From Octopus bimaculoides (lineage: Eukaryota), in the NCBI RefSeq assembly GCF_001194135.2, contig NC_068985.1, positions 118,757,653 to 118,821,652 of the forward strand: a stretch of 64,000 bases of DNA, in the 5' to 3' direction. Under the pieces are notes generated by a model. It saw only the letters and a program-made list of their open reading frames with translations, searched no databases and was not told where the DNA came from. Shown in pieces: positions 12,905-25,490 of the stretch. Numbering within the stretch: position 1 is the stretch's first letter; every line of letters begins with the position of its first letter. The position numbers were made by a program, and so were the translations under genes.

Positions 12905-13104
12905 CCCGGTTTCATGACACATATTCCCCACCTGGATGGGACACCAGTCTGTCGCAGGTTTACTCATTTTTGCCACCTGAGTGGACTGGAGCAATGTGAA
13001 ATGAAATGTTTTGCTCAAGAACAATGCATTGCCTGGTCTAGGAATTGAAGCCACAATCTTATGATCATGAGTCCAACACCCTAAGCACTAAGCTAAGCAC
13101 CTCC
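12905..13104 (-). mobile_element. SINE family D (tRNA head plus CORE-like gtgttcttgagcaaaacacttcatttcac)
   Basis: Other copies lie at 5774-5850(+), 17591-17703(+), 24330-24535(-) and 32660-32890(-). Confidence 0.8.
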
Positions 13105-13132
13105 AGACACACACACACACACACACACACAC

Positions 13133-13215
<83 letters not shown>

Positions 13216-13921
13216 AAGATATATACATAAACACATTTATAGACATATATATACATATATATATATATATACACATATATATATATATATATATATTTAA
13301 TTATGTATATATAGTATATCTTGTGTATACAGTTAGAGGTAATGACATCTGGTAATTTTTGAGCTCCACATAGAGTATCATTGTTAAGTCTGCTCCCAAT
13401 ATAGTGGTGTGGTTCCTACAGTACTTTGTAGTATTACTGGTTATGATAAACAGAGCAAATGTAGGAGAACTTATGAGATAAGATAAACACATGGGAACAA
13501 TGGCATAAACCTGTACTTATTACAATTTCTCATTTTTGCATACATACATATACATATATATACACACACACAGGGTGCAATGGATGAATTGTTGCCATTT
13601 TATAGTTTTAATTTTGCGCATATGTATTGTTTGTTTTTGATTTTGTCGACTACACAGTAGAGTAGGGTCAGTTGGGCACTGTCTGTGACTCTGGAAAAAC
13701 AGTGAGAACACCAGAAAAATGCTTTGTGTCATATGTTTCAGGTTTTTATATTCTGAGTTCAAATCCTGTATTGATAACTTTCCCTTTCATCCTTTCAGGG
13801 CCTATAAAATGAAGTATCAATTAAATACTGGTATCAATATAATTGATTAACATCCTCCCACTCAGATTGATGGTCTTACACCAAAATTTAAAACAATTAT
13901 TATTATTACTATTATTATTAT

Positions 13922-14259
13922 TCAGTAGTTTTATTTTTATAACGTGCTTTAACTTCACTACCGAGCGCAGCTCTGTGTGCCTCGGGTATGTGCTGTGGTT
14001 TGCTGTGGTGCTCTTATGTTTACTGTATTGAAAGTGTTTTGCATAGAATGTGTGCAGTACCCAGTAGTGCAATTTTCTGTATGTTATATATATTTGTAAG
14101 TCCTGGTGTTTTTGTTATGTATTTGCCTGAATATTTTTTTATTATACCTAAGGCACCTACTATGATAGGAATTGTTTCTGTTTTTAGATTCCACATTCGA
14201 GTTACCTCTATTTCCAGGTCTTTGTATTTTGAAAGTTTTTCCATTTCTTTTAGAGAGAA
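13922..14259 (-). mobile_element. R4/Dong-like (RLE) non-LTR retrotransposon 3' end
   Basis: MEKLSKYKDLEIEVTRMWNLKTETIPIIVGALG...IQKIALLGTAHILCKTL* is the C-terminal part of a restriction-like endonuclease domain. A short 3' UTR and a (TAA)n tail follow, and the 5' side runs into an N gap. Confidence 0.85.
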
Positions 14260-14876
14260 NNNNNNNNNNNNNNNNNNNNNNNNNNNNNNNNNNNNNNNNN
14301 NNNNNNNNNNNNNNNNNNNNNNNNNNNNNNNNNNNNNNNNNNNNNNNNNNNNNNNNNNNNNNNNNNNNNNNNNNNNNNNNNNNNNNNNNNNNNNNNNNNN
14401 NNNNNNNNNNNNNNNNNNNNNNNNNNNNNNNNNNNNNNNNNNNNNNNNNNNNNNNNNNNNNNNNNNNNNNNNNNNNNNNNNNNNNNNNNNNNNNNNNNNN
14501 NNNNNNNNNNNNNNNNNNNNNNNNNNNNNNNNNNNNNNNNNNNNNNNNNNNNNNNNNNNNNNNNNNNNNNNNNNNNNNNNNNNNNNNNNNNNNNNNNNNN
14601 NNNNNNNNNNNNNNNNNNNNNNNNNNNNNNNNNNNNNNNNNNNNNNNNNNNNNNNNNNNNNNNNNNNNNNNNNNNNNNNNNNNNNNNNNNNNNNNNNNNN
14701 NNNNNNNNNNNNNNNNNNNNNNNNNNNNNNNNNNNNNNNNNNNNNNNNNNNNNNNNNNNNNNNNNNNNNNNNNNNNNNNNNNNNNNNNNNNNNNNNNNNN
14801 NNNNNNNNNNNNNNNNNNNNNNNNNNNNNNNNNNNNNNNNNNNNNNNNNNNNNNNNNNNNNNNNNNNNNNNNNNNN

Positions 14877-14944
<68 letters not shown>

Positions 14945-14970
14945 CATCATCATTATCATCATCATCATCA
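14877..14970. repeat. (ATT)n/(ATC)n microsatellite; representative of dozens of tri- and dinucleotide tracts in the window
   Basis: Directly visible. Other large tracts include (TA)n 13138-13212, TA/CA 19405-19720, (AAT)n 32100-32140, 35380-35475 and 59915-59970, and mixed GGT/GAT 39400-39780. Confidence 0.95.
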
Positions 14971-15184
14971 AAAGTGGCAAGCTGGCAGAATCATTAGCAC
15001 ACCAAGCGAAATGCTTAGCGGTATTTCTTCTGCTGAAACATTCTGAGTTCAAATTCTTCTGAAGTCAACTTTGCCTTTCATCCTTTTGGAGTCGATAAAT
15101 TAAGTACCAGTGGAGTACTGGTTCGATGTGATCAACTGTTACCCTCCCCACAAAATTCAGGGCCTTGTGCCTAAAGTAGAAAGG

Positions 15185-15185
<1 letters not shown>
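14971..15185 (+). mobile_element. SINE family B (tRNA-like head, core ctttgcctttcatcctttcggggtcgataaa, (ATT)n tail); representative copy
   Basis: tggcagaatc A-box-like and gttcaaattc B-box-like motifs. The core resembles, from memory, the Meta-SINE domain. About 40 full or partial copies in the window. Confidence 0.85.
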
Positions 15186-15240
<55 letters not shown>

Positions 15241-15697
15241 CATTATTATTATTATTATTATTATCCATTTTACTGATGATAACAGTAGTAAATATGGAAC
15301 AAAATTTTGAATTAGTGAGGTATGAAGGTAAGAACTGAAGTCTATGTTGCCAAAGTACTTATTTTATCAATAGAATAAGATTTCTGTAAAGGAATGATTC
15401 TAAATACAAAGTAATAGATCAATTAACAAATTAACTGAGCAGCTAATATTAACTAATGGACCAGCTAACACAGGCTAAGTGAATAATTAACATAAATTAA
15501 CCAAGTAATTGATGATAATTATTTTTATCAATTAAAATATATTAAGTGATCACTTAACATAATTAACTGAACATGTTGTCTAAGGGTTAGGATTCTTGGT
15601 TTTCATGCCGGTGTTATGGGATTGATTTTTGACATGGAAACATTGTCATTTGTCTTGCAATGGTCATAAGAACTGCCCCTTTCTTTAGAGTTAGCAG

Positions 15698-15735
<38 letters not shown>

Positions 15736-16518
15736 AGAATAAGACATGGTAGAAAACTCTAAAACAATTTTATCTTAATTTTAGCATTTTCTTTATACAT
15801 ATCAACTCATGTGTTACTTTTCAATATATGAAACCACATGGTTCCAGGTTCAGTCTCACTGCATGGCACCTTGGTTAAGCGTCTTCTACTATAGCCTTAG
15901 GCTGACCAAAACCTTGTGAGCGGATTTAGCAGACAAAAACTGAAAGAAGCCTGTCATATATATATATATGTATGTATCTGTGTGTGTGTTTGTCCCATTA
16001 CCACTTGACAACTGATGTTGGTATGTTTACATCCCCGTAACTTAGTGGTTCAACAAAAGATAATTATTGAATAAGTATCAGTCTTAAAAAATAAGTACTG
16101 GGGTCAGTTCATTCAACTAAAAATTCAAGGCAATGCTCTAGCATGGCCACAGTCTAGTGACTGAAACAGGTAAAAGATAAAAGATATATATATGTCTGTG
16201 TGTGTGTGTGTGTGTGTATAGTCCCCACCACTGCTGAAAAAAACTGTGATTAATATAAATTAACAGATTAGTTAAGATAACTGAGCAGTTAACAAAAAAA
16301 TTAAATGAGCAATTAAGGAAAATTAACTAATCAGTTGACGTATTAATTGTTCAGGTAACATATATTAAGGGCAATTTGCAAATTAAGTGAATAGTGAATG
16401 AGAAGGGAGAATAAATTTAAAAGAAAGAGAGTTGACAACTTTATCGTTTCTTTAGCCTTTTAGATATAAGCCTACCTGAGACAACAGCTGGATTAATGAT
16501 ACCAAATTTTTGTTCTAA

Positions 16519-17152
16519 CCCTTTAGCATTTTGATTACTCTGTCAAATGTAATGCTCATTTATTCATATTGTTTAGACTTAATCATGCATTTCTTGTGGT
16601 TTTGATGATGTGATTGTTTATTTTTCAGAATGACTTTGTATGGTAGATGTGAAAGGCTGAATATGGTTAGTTTGAACATAAAACTGGTAGAATATTTGAG
16701 CCAGATAAAGGAGTAAAAAATAGGAGTAAAGACCCACTTTGGCCATGAATGACCATGGGATTGCACCTAGAAAGTTACCCTCCGAGGCACAAGTCTGGGC
16801 AAGGTTGTTTGTGGGAGACCAGCAGTTGCCCATGNNNNNNNNNNCAAGTCTGGGCAAGGTTGTTTGTGGGAGACCAGCAGTTGCCCATGCATACCAGCCT
16901 CCCCTCTCCACACCACCGATGTTATCCAAGGGAAAGGCAAAGGATGACACAGCTTGGCACCAATGACATCACAACTCATTTCTACAGCTGAGTGAACTGA
17001 AGCAATGTGAAATAAAGTGACTTGCTCAAGAACAGAACACATAGCCTGGTCTGGGAACCGAACTCACTACCTCGTAATTTTGAGTCCAATTCTCTAACTA
17101 CTAAGTCATGTACCTTCATGAGCCAGATACATTTGGTTTAAATACAAAAGGG
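16519..17152. mobile_element. piggyBac-like MITE (reverse copy) interrupted by a SINE-E
   Basis: Begins ctaa|ccctttagcatt and ends aatacaaaaggg|ttaa. The interior is the reverse complement of the 53032 copy. Confidence 0.7.
16708..17118 (-). mobile_element. SINE family E (D-type head with a longer body), full length with TSD
   Basis: Flanked by the exact 11-bp duplication TGAGCCAGATA (16697-16707, 17119-17129), with a (ttactcct)-like tail. Related copies lie at 645-863 and 20490-20640. Confidence 0.9.
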
Positions 17153-17514
17153 TTAAATTGATGATCTAATTTTAAAAATTTCTATCAAAATTTCAGTTTA
17201 ATTTATATTCCACACATCAGCTTGATAATGACAAACGTATTTTACTATATTCTTCATTATTTTCAAAATTAATTGAAACAAAGGCAGCATATTTCATCAA
17301 AAATATGGAAACAAAATGGTTAAAGCAACTAAATATAAGTTACAACTTTTAAAAGTTTAGCCATTAGTGGTAAACCATCCATAGTCTTGAGCATACATCT
17401 ATTTACATGCAGTAATAATGGGTCTTCCATTAATTATGGTAATGAGTATTCCAGTTGTTCAATCAATTGATCTGCCAACTCCTTGAATTATAGTGCAGAT
17501 ATATGCGCCTTTAA

Positions 17515-17590
17515 TGTGTCAGTGCCAAGCAGAAAAGGAGTGGGGAGAGCATGTCTCCCTGGAATATTCCTCTTCTAATGTATCTGGCTT
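17515..17590 (-). mobile_element. Reverse-transcriptase fragment of an RLE-type LINE
   Basis: Minus-strand ARYIRRGIFQGDMLSPLLFCLALT matches the conserved RT motif IRRGIFQGDSLSPLLFC. Confidence 0.7.
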
Positions 17591-18395
17591 GTGAAGGTGC
17601 ATGGCTCGGAGGTTAGAACATTGGAATCAAGATCACGAAGTAGTGAGTTCGATTCCCGGTCCAGGCTATGTGCTGTATTCTTGAGCAAGTCACTTTATTT
17701 CTCAGACATATGCGCCTTTAATGTAATCCTAAAGTAGATTCAGTGTGATACAGTGAGTGACAAATCTGGCTCTTTGAGTTATAGGTACAGTCCATCATAC
17801 AAGCTCCTTACATCCCTTCAGTTGAGGGGTCTTGTTTTGCAAGTTATTTGTTACTTGATGACCTCACTAATACTGGTGCCACATAAAGAGCATTCTGTGA
17901 GGCTTTTGATATAAAAAAGGGCATCCAACCATAGAAACTGTGCCAAAGCAGACATTGGAGTATGGTGCAGTTCTCTGGCTTGTTGGCTCCTGTTAAACTT
18001 TCAAACCCATGTCAGCATAAAAAATTGATGTTAAACAATGAAGATGATGATGACAATAATGATGATAGTTGTGAATTTCACCCACAAGGTTTGGGTTGAG
18101 TTGAGACTATGATAAAAGACACTTGCTGAAAATGTCATAGAATGGGACTGAACCAGTGATCTCATGATTGGAAATCAAACTTCTTAACTATTAGCATCCA
18201 CATGCATGCATAAATGCATAACTGTTCACCTATAAATTATTGGGTTGCTATTTTCATAGGAACCTTATAGGTTCAAGTGTTTCTAATCTTAAGATTTCTC
18301 AGCTTGGAGATAAAAAGGGGAAAAAAGGAAGGTAGTTGACACACTTGGTTGCAATATATAATGAGATAATGGACAGAAATAGAGTAGGCATATGC

Positions 18396-18439
<44 letters not shown>

Positions 18440-19447
18440 GAGAAGAAGGAGTAAATTGCAACAACAATAACAACAATAAAACAGATGAAGGAAAACCAAG
18501 CCACTTTACTTCCTTTCAGAGCTCTGCTCAACCATTGCTTCTGAAGTCAATCATGACTGCAGCTAAAAATATCACACAGTAAGTTGTAGAAATAACATTG
18601 ATATATTTTATTAGAGTAATAAATATGTATATATCACATATTCACCCTTCTCTTTTTCTGCATGTATGTGTGTGTGTGTGTGTGCACGCATACTTCTGTG
18701 CATGTGTCACTGAGCATATGTGTATCTGTGTATGTGAACATACATAAACATATATGTGTAAACACACACATATAACCATGTTCTTCTTCATTCAGTGTTA
18801 CATTCAAATTTCCATTCCATGCTAGCATCGATATATATATGTTTGGCATATATTCATATCGATTCAATGATTTCTGCATTATTTGTAAATATCCTGTATA
18901 GTCATTTAAACATGCCGTATATTTTATAAACAATGTTAAAGTTTACTTCATTATAATGCTCGTTATTCATAGTATAATACTCACACACACTATGTCTGTT
19001 TATCTATCTATCTATCTATCTAAATGTCTGTCTGTCTGTCTATCTGTCTATATTAATGTTTTCTTATACATAAATATGTGCTCATGCTAGCACAGAAAAT
19101 TGTAGTGTAGTACTGGATTGATGTAATGTTTCCTCCCCAAAATATCAGGAAGGCTTCGCATCAGAATTAGTAACAATTATCATTATTTATATTATTGCTG
19201 AAGACTGTTTCCTTGGATCTGCTTGTACTATATTCCTAGCAATAATGTCTATAAATTTCATCTGGACAATACTGTTTTGAGCTACATATCTTTCTTCCCC
19301 CAAAACAGCCAAAGTACATAAGGATGGTACAGTAAATAGAAAGCTGTTCTGTCAGAAAAAAAACAAGTGAATAGGCCAAGTTGACCCTTTTTCACAAGCT
19401 ATTTACATGTGTGTGTGTGTGTGTGTGTGTGCATGCATGTGAGTGTG

Positions 19448-19487
<40 letters not shown>

Positions 19488-19804
19488 TATGTACATGTAT
19501 GTATATATATATGCACATATATATATACAGACACATATATATATATATATATAAATATATACATACATATATATACACACATATATATATATACATATAT
19601 ATAAATATATATATACATACATATACATACACATATATACATATATATATATAAATATATATACATACATATACATATATGCATATACATACACACACAC
19701 ACATATATATGTAAATATATATCAAGAGAATTGCATTTAAAACATGTTCACGTCTTTCTGTTTTAGTGCATATATGTATTAGTAACTATACCTGCACACA
19801 CGCT

Positions 19805-19871
19805 GTTTAATGCTACATCACATTGAAAACACACGTTCTCATCTGATCAGTGAATTTAAGTAATGTCGAGC
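19805..19871 (+). pseudogene. 5S rRNA 5'-half fragment
   Basis: gtttaatgctacatcacattgaaaacacacgttctcatctgatcagtgaatttaagtaatgtcgagc aligns by eye to 5S nt ~1-67 (ccataccacgttgaaaacaccggttctcgtccgatcaccgaagttaagcaacgtcg). Confidence 0.7.
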
Positions 19872-21650
19872 ATTTTTTGCATTATTATGATGATGATAAT
19901 GAAGTGGCCCTAAAACAGAAAGACATATGTACATATTCTAAATGAAATTCTCTTGGCTCTATCACATATCTGGTATTTTAAAATAACAAAGACGAGACAG
20001 TTTATCTGCTATTTAGTTACAATAATCTATTTTTACATACTTGTAATTAATTTCTATATTGGCAATGTCCTTTACTTTTTTCACTAGAATTAATTATTAA
20101 AGATTTTGTTTTACTCCTAACTTCATTATTATTTTAATTAGTTGAAGTTTTGTGGCTCAGTGCATTATGCTATTTTAACTACTATATTTGATGACATATA
20201 AAATGCACACATTTTTTTGTCCCTGCAAAATCTCAAAAAATCACTCTGGGTCTTACATGTAAAGTTGGGCCTACCATAAACTTTGTCTCAGATGCCCATT
20301 TTTTCTTCTATACACACTGCTGAAACTGGGGTCTGTCTAGTATGTCCATGTGTATTTTATGCCATCAAATATAGTAAATATTTTATTACATTGTTGTTAC
20401 TCATCAGATTTATTAAAATGCTCTTAAGGGTAGGTTTCAACAAGCCTTCTCCCTAAAACTTTATGAAAGAGTCTCTGTTGGTCTAAGCTAACCATGCATG
20501 TGTTTTTGTGTGTGCAAGATGTTTTAAAGAAGACTGGCAGTTGCTCATGCATGCAAGTCTCCACTCTTTAAGACACGGATGTCTATCAAAAGGAAAGGCT
20601 GCTGATGTGAGCAGACACAATTTGGTGTCAGTGACATTATAAGTGTTGATAACAGGATGCAATGAACCAGAACAAACACTGCCTGACTCTCTACATTGCC
20701 CTGAAGTATATTGGTACATTTTTTTATCAACCCCCATGGATGATGGCAGCAGAGATGACACCAGCAAGATCTGACCTCAGAAAACAGAAATTGGAACAAA
20801 TACTGCGAGGTACTCTATCCAACATTTTAATAATTCTGCCGTTTTGCTACCCTCTTAAACATTATAACTGAATGAAAATTTCTTTCACTGACAGAGAAGC
20901 TCACTTTCCTCCCCTATGAGAGGGTGACGTGAGTTTCAAGTGTTTGGATTTTTTGTTTTTGTTTGGAGGTGGATCGACAGAATTGGTGAAGCTATCAAAC
21001 AAAAATATCTTGTAGTATTTTGATGTATCTGTCTACATTCTAATTTCAAATTCTGCCAGACATCATTTAGCATTTCAGCCTTTTGAAATTTCAGAAATAA
21101 TTTTGAGGTTGATCTCATGCATCAGAATTAGTGGTCTTCTGCATATGTTAGAAGCCATTAGTATTAGACTTTGTAGTAGGGTGGTAGAGTAGTAGGATCA
21201 TTGAACAAAATGCTTTCTGGTATTTATTCTAATACTTTGAGTTCAAATCCCACCAAAGTCAACTAAGTGTTTCATCTTTTTCAAATCAATAAATATAAAA
21301 GTACCAGTCAAGTACTGGGGTCAATTTAATCGACTAATCCCTCCCTAAAAGTTTCATGCTTTGTGCTTGTATAAGAAACAGTTATTAGTAATAGTAGTAA
21401 TATAAGTATAATAATAATTATTATTATTTAACTCGTTTCATGCTGAGCAATACAAAGGTGTCTGCCTATGCCAGCCATGTTCTCAGGTTTATTTGGACAG
21501 CTTTTGTAGTATGCTAGGTAGGATGGGGTCACTTGTCCCTCGCTGAATACTCTGCCTTTTATTAGAGATAAGGTGCACTGTATGTGATACTCCACAATCC
21601 TCTCCTAGAGCCGCAGGGCTGAATTTGAGAAAGTGTGTGAGGAAAAAGAA

Positions 21651-21682
<32 letters not shown>

Positions 21683-21969
21683 CAAGATAGTGAGAGTCAA
21701 GAACCATCCTCTCAATGGAATTTGGATTTAAAAGACAAACAGCTGAAATAATTACCACAGCTTTTATTTGATGCTCTAGTGATTCTGCCTATTGATTAGC
21801 CTAATCTTCTACATTCTAGTGAGGCCAACTTTGCCTTACATATTTTCAGGAACAATAAAATAATATACCAGTCAAGTACTTGGGTCAATTTAACTAATCA
21901 TATCTCCCTAAATTTTTGTCCTTGTGCCCATTTTAGAAATGAAAGTAATTATTATTATGAAAACAAATC

Positions 21970-22400
21970 CTCACACAGATCCTGTCAATGGATTCTTATC
22001 TTTAGAATAAGTGACATGTCTCTTCAAATGATTAGGGCTTTGAATATAGTGGTTTTCTGCCAGTTTATGATACTGATTTCAACTCCAATTTTTTAGTGGT
22101 GTTCCTAACATTCTTACAACAGGAAAAACTCACTTGCAAGTCCAAAAATTATCTTAGATCTCCAACTAAATCAGATTATTTCTGAGTTTTTTTTAGCTCT
22201 CTAACCGAATCAAGGTCCAAAATGTTTATGCTCTTACTAAGGTTATTTAGGCAAAGTCTACAATCATCTATATACTTTTCCTCCACCCCTGTTCTAGTCA
22301 GTTCCATGCTTTCTGTAGGAATAAAAAAAGATGTGTATTTATAAGATACAGTAGACAAGCAATGGAAGTCACTGTCTCTAAAAATATGTAAAAACACAAT
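21970..22400 (-). mobile_element. Penelope-like element RT/thumb remnant
   Basis: Degenerate motifs in the expected order: KYIDDCRLCLNN...FLDLQVS...YHKLAENHYIQSPNHLKRHVTYS...IDRIC. These resemble PLE RT motifs RYIDD...FLDV...YKPTD.H.YL...HP.H.K..IPYS...RRIC. Many stops and frameshifts. Confidence 0.5.
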
Positions 22401-22534
22401 CTGTTACTTGCTTTAAAACCATAACCTGACTCATAGATGCACCAATATTTCCATGTCCTAATAATAATAATAATGTTTGCCCATTGTTGTCAACAATGAC
22501 CAGGACATCACAAGGGAGAAGACAGGTCAAGGTG

Positions 22535-22850
22535 TGTCTAGTGGTGGCCGATCAGGCTGATGCATGCTTGGAAGGTTCTGCTGCAGGTCAGATACTGGTG
22601 GTCTGCTGGAAATGAAGGCAAGGAGTTAGCTCTGAACTTGTGCAGCTCACATTTTCTTTGTGCTCTTGTGAGCCTATTCTGTTCAAAGGAAGTGGCACTT
22701 CTGTTGGTACAGCTACGACAGGCAGGGTGGTCCCATGCTTGTATTTCCCAGGTATGGGGTTGATCTCAAAGCAGTGAGGCTTTGAGTGCATTTCTGTCCA
22801 CCTTGTGTACGTTTGCCTTCTGCCAAATCACTGTCAAACAGTACCTATGA
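22535..22850 (-). mobile_element. RTE (BovB-like) LINE 3' fragment
   Basis: With frameshifts: VLFDSDLAEGKRTQGGQK...LKASL.CFEINP.TWEIQAWDHPACRS...FEQNRLTRAQRKCELHKFRANSLPSFPADHQYLTCSRTFQACISLIGHH, the typical RTE ORF2 C-terminus. Confidence 0.75.
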
Positions 22851-23014
22851 AAATATAGGTGCCTTTAGCAGAGTCTTGTCTGATGCAAGAATTCAGGCCA
22901 GCTCTTTGGTTTGGAGATAACTTCCTCTCACCAGTCCTGGAGACTGAAAAACATCATGAGAGTTGTTCCTTTTCTTTTAACCAAGCCATTAAAAGAAAAA
23001 GGAAAATTGCTGTT

Positions 23015-23205
23015 TTAATATCTGCTCTTCCATGCTTGCATGGGGCAAATGGAATTTATTGAGACAAATTTTCTATGGCCAGATGCCCCACCTCTTACCA
23101 ACTCTCACTTTGTTCCAAGCAAAGTAATATTTCCTCATGGCTGGCCATGTTTCCATGGCAGATTGAATGTGATGGTGACACTTGTTTGCAACTATCATGC
23201 TCTAA
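23015..23205 (-). mobile_element. SINE-like family F (shares a C-type tail)
   Basis: Homologous to 24860-25010(+), with a tail fragment near 51735-51790. Confidence 0.55.
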
Positions 23206-23854
23206 GTTCAATTCCTGCCAAGGTAAAAATTTGTTTTTCCTCCTTCAGGAGTTAATGAATGTTGAGTATCTGTATAGAGTTTTCTAGGTATAAATGAAAA
23301 TATCATGGAAAGATAAGTACTTTGCTAATAGATGCCAAAAGGCATGCAAGCAGATTCGATCTCTTGTCCTTTGAAGAGGTAGTCTAACATTAAATCCACA
23401 CAGCCACCTAACCTCTACTAGCTGAAAGAGGGTGGGAGTGAGGGGTGGTGACTATATTTAAATACAAGTATTATTATAAAACACTACAGAGAGTGTGAAA
23501 AAATTATATGGATATTAAACGAATTTTTAAATCCTTCCAGGACCATACAAAGAACACACAACAATGTTTTTTTTTCTTAAATTAAGTAATTAAATCAACT
23601 TGGTATAACTCACAAAGGCTAGAAATTAAAATGTAAATATCTGGATATTTACTGTTTGATTTTGAGAATTTAGCAATATAGCTATAGGTACAGGCATAGT
23701 CGTGTGGCTAAGATGTTTGCTTTGCAACTATGTGGCTTGAGGTTCAATCCCACTATGTAGCATGTTGGGCAGGTGTACCTTCTACTATAGTTCTGGGCTG
23801 ACCTAAGCTTTGTGAGTGGATTTGCTAGACAGAAACTGAAAGAAGCTTATCATG

Positions 23855-23885
<31 letters not shown>

Positions 23886-24029
23886 GAGGTCATCCAAAAG
23901 TCATGCACCAAGATTAAAACACAACATATTTTGCATATATATATATATATATAATTGAATACACATGTACTAATTCATGATGAACAAAATGAATAATAAT
24001 AATAATAACAATAATAATCCATTTAATAA

Positions 24030-25206
24030 TCCATTCTATAATAAGCACAAATTTGGAAGAGGGGGATAGTCGATTACATCGATCCCAATATGCAACTGGT
24101 ACTTAATCTATTGATCTCGAAAATATAAAAGGGAAAGTTGACCTTGGCGGAATTTAAACCTAGAACATAAAGACATGAAATACCGCTAAGCTTTTCACCC
24201 GGCATGCTCCCCGCCTTAGTAATAGTAATAATAATAATAATAATAATAACAATAGGCTCTCCCATTGAAGACGACTTATGAGTGTTAAGCTTTTCCTGAA
24301 CGACCAGCACAAAGGATTTGTTTTTAGTGATCAAATGTTCATGCTGCACACTAGCTCACTCCCTCCATCAAATCGTTGTTGCCTGAACAGGTGCGCTGTG
24401 TACCAAGTGTCAGGTGTTGACATGAGATGAAGTGTTTTGCTCAAGAACACAACACACCATCTCGTCCAGGAAATGAAATCATGATCTCGTGATTGTAAAT
24501 ACAACACCCTAACCACTAAGCCATGTGCCCTCACTAATAATAATAATAATTTTGGCACAAGGCTTGCAGTTTTGGGGGAGGGGGGCAAGTCAATTACATC
24601 GACCCCAGTTCTCAAATGGTACTCATTTTATTAACCCTGAAAAAATGAAAGGCAAAATGGACCTAGGCAGAATTTGAACTCAGAGCATAATTATGAACGA
24701 AATGTCGCTAAGCATTTTGTCTGGTGTGCTAATGACTCTCTCAGCTCACCAATGTTAATAATACAAATAAAACATCGGCTGTTTTGGTGCTTGAATTTTG
24801 GCCCATTCTATATAAATATGTACTTGTGAGTGTACACGTGCATATTTGCATCACCTTGCAAAGAAACAGCAGTGTCATACAAGTAGTGCTATTCATTTGC
24901 AATCTTCCATGGAAACATGCCTTATACATTGTATTGTGCATGTTTGAAGGGCAAGAGAATATATAGTCTTTTTTGGAGATATCCAAGGGTTGGTGACAGA
25001 AAGATGACCAGGGAGGATGTGGAACAGGAAGGAATAATGGGTTATATTGATCTTAGAACTTGAGCAGTGCTTTACTTTATTGACCTTGGAAAGACTGAAG
25101 GTAAAGTGGACCTCTGAAGAATTTGAATTCACAATGTGAAGAGCCGTAACCAAATATTGCAAGGCACTGTGTGTCGTTCCAATGCATCTGCCAAGTCACC
25201 ATCCTC

Positions 25207-25239
<33 letters not shown>

Positions 25240-25490
25240 CATAAGGAAAAGAAGAAGAATCCTTTCTACTATAGGCACAAGGCCTGAAATTTCGGGGAGG
25301 GGATAAGTTGATTACATCGACCCCAGTACTCAACTGGTGCTTATTCTATCAACCATGGTGTCATTTGAACCCAGAATGTAAAGATGGACAAATAATAATA
25401 ATAATAATACTAATAAATCTTTCCTACTAAAGGCACAAGGCCTGAAATTTTTCTGGAGAAGGGGCCAGTCGATTACATTGACCCTGTTTG
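24030..25490 (-). mobile_element. SINE-B cluster with interspersed SINE-D and family F pieces
   Basis: SINE-B near 24030, 24550, 25010, 25260 and 25420; SINE-D at 24330-24535; family F at 24860-25010. Confidence 0.75.

Noticed and set aside
16790-16889. 45-bp tandem duplication inside SINE-E
   Set aside because: The identical copies sit on either side of a 10-N gap, which indicates a scaffolding artefact.
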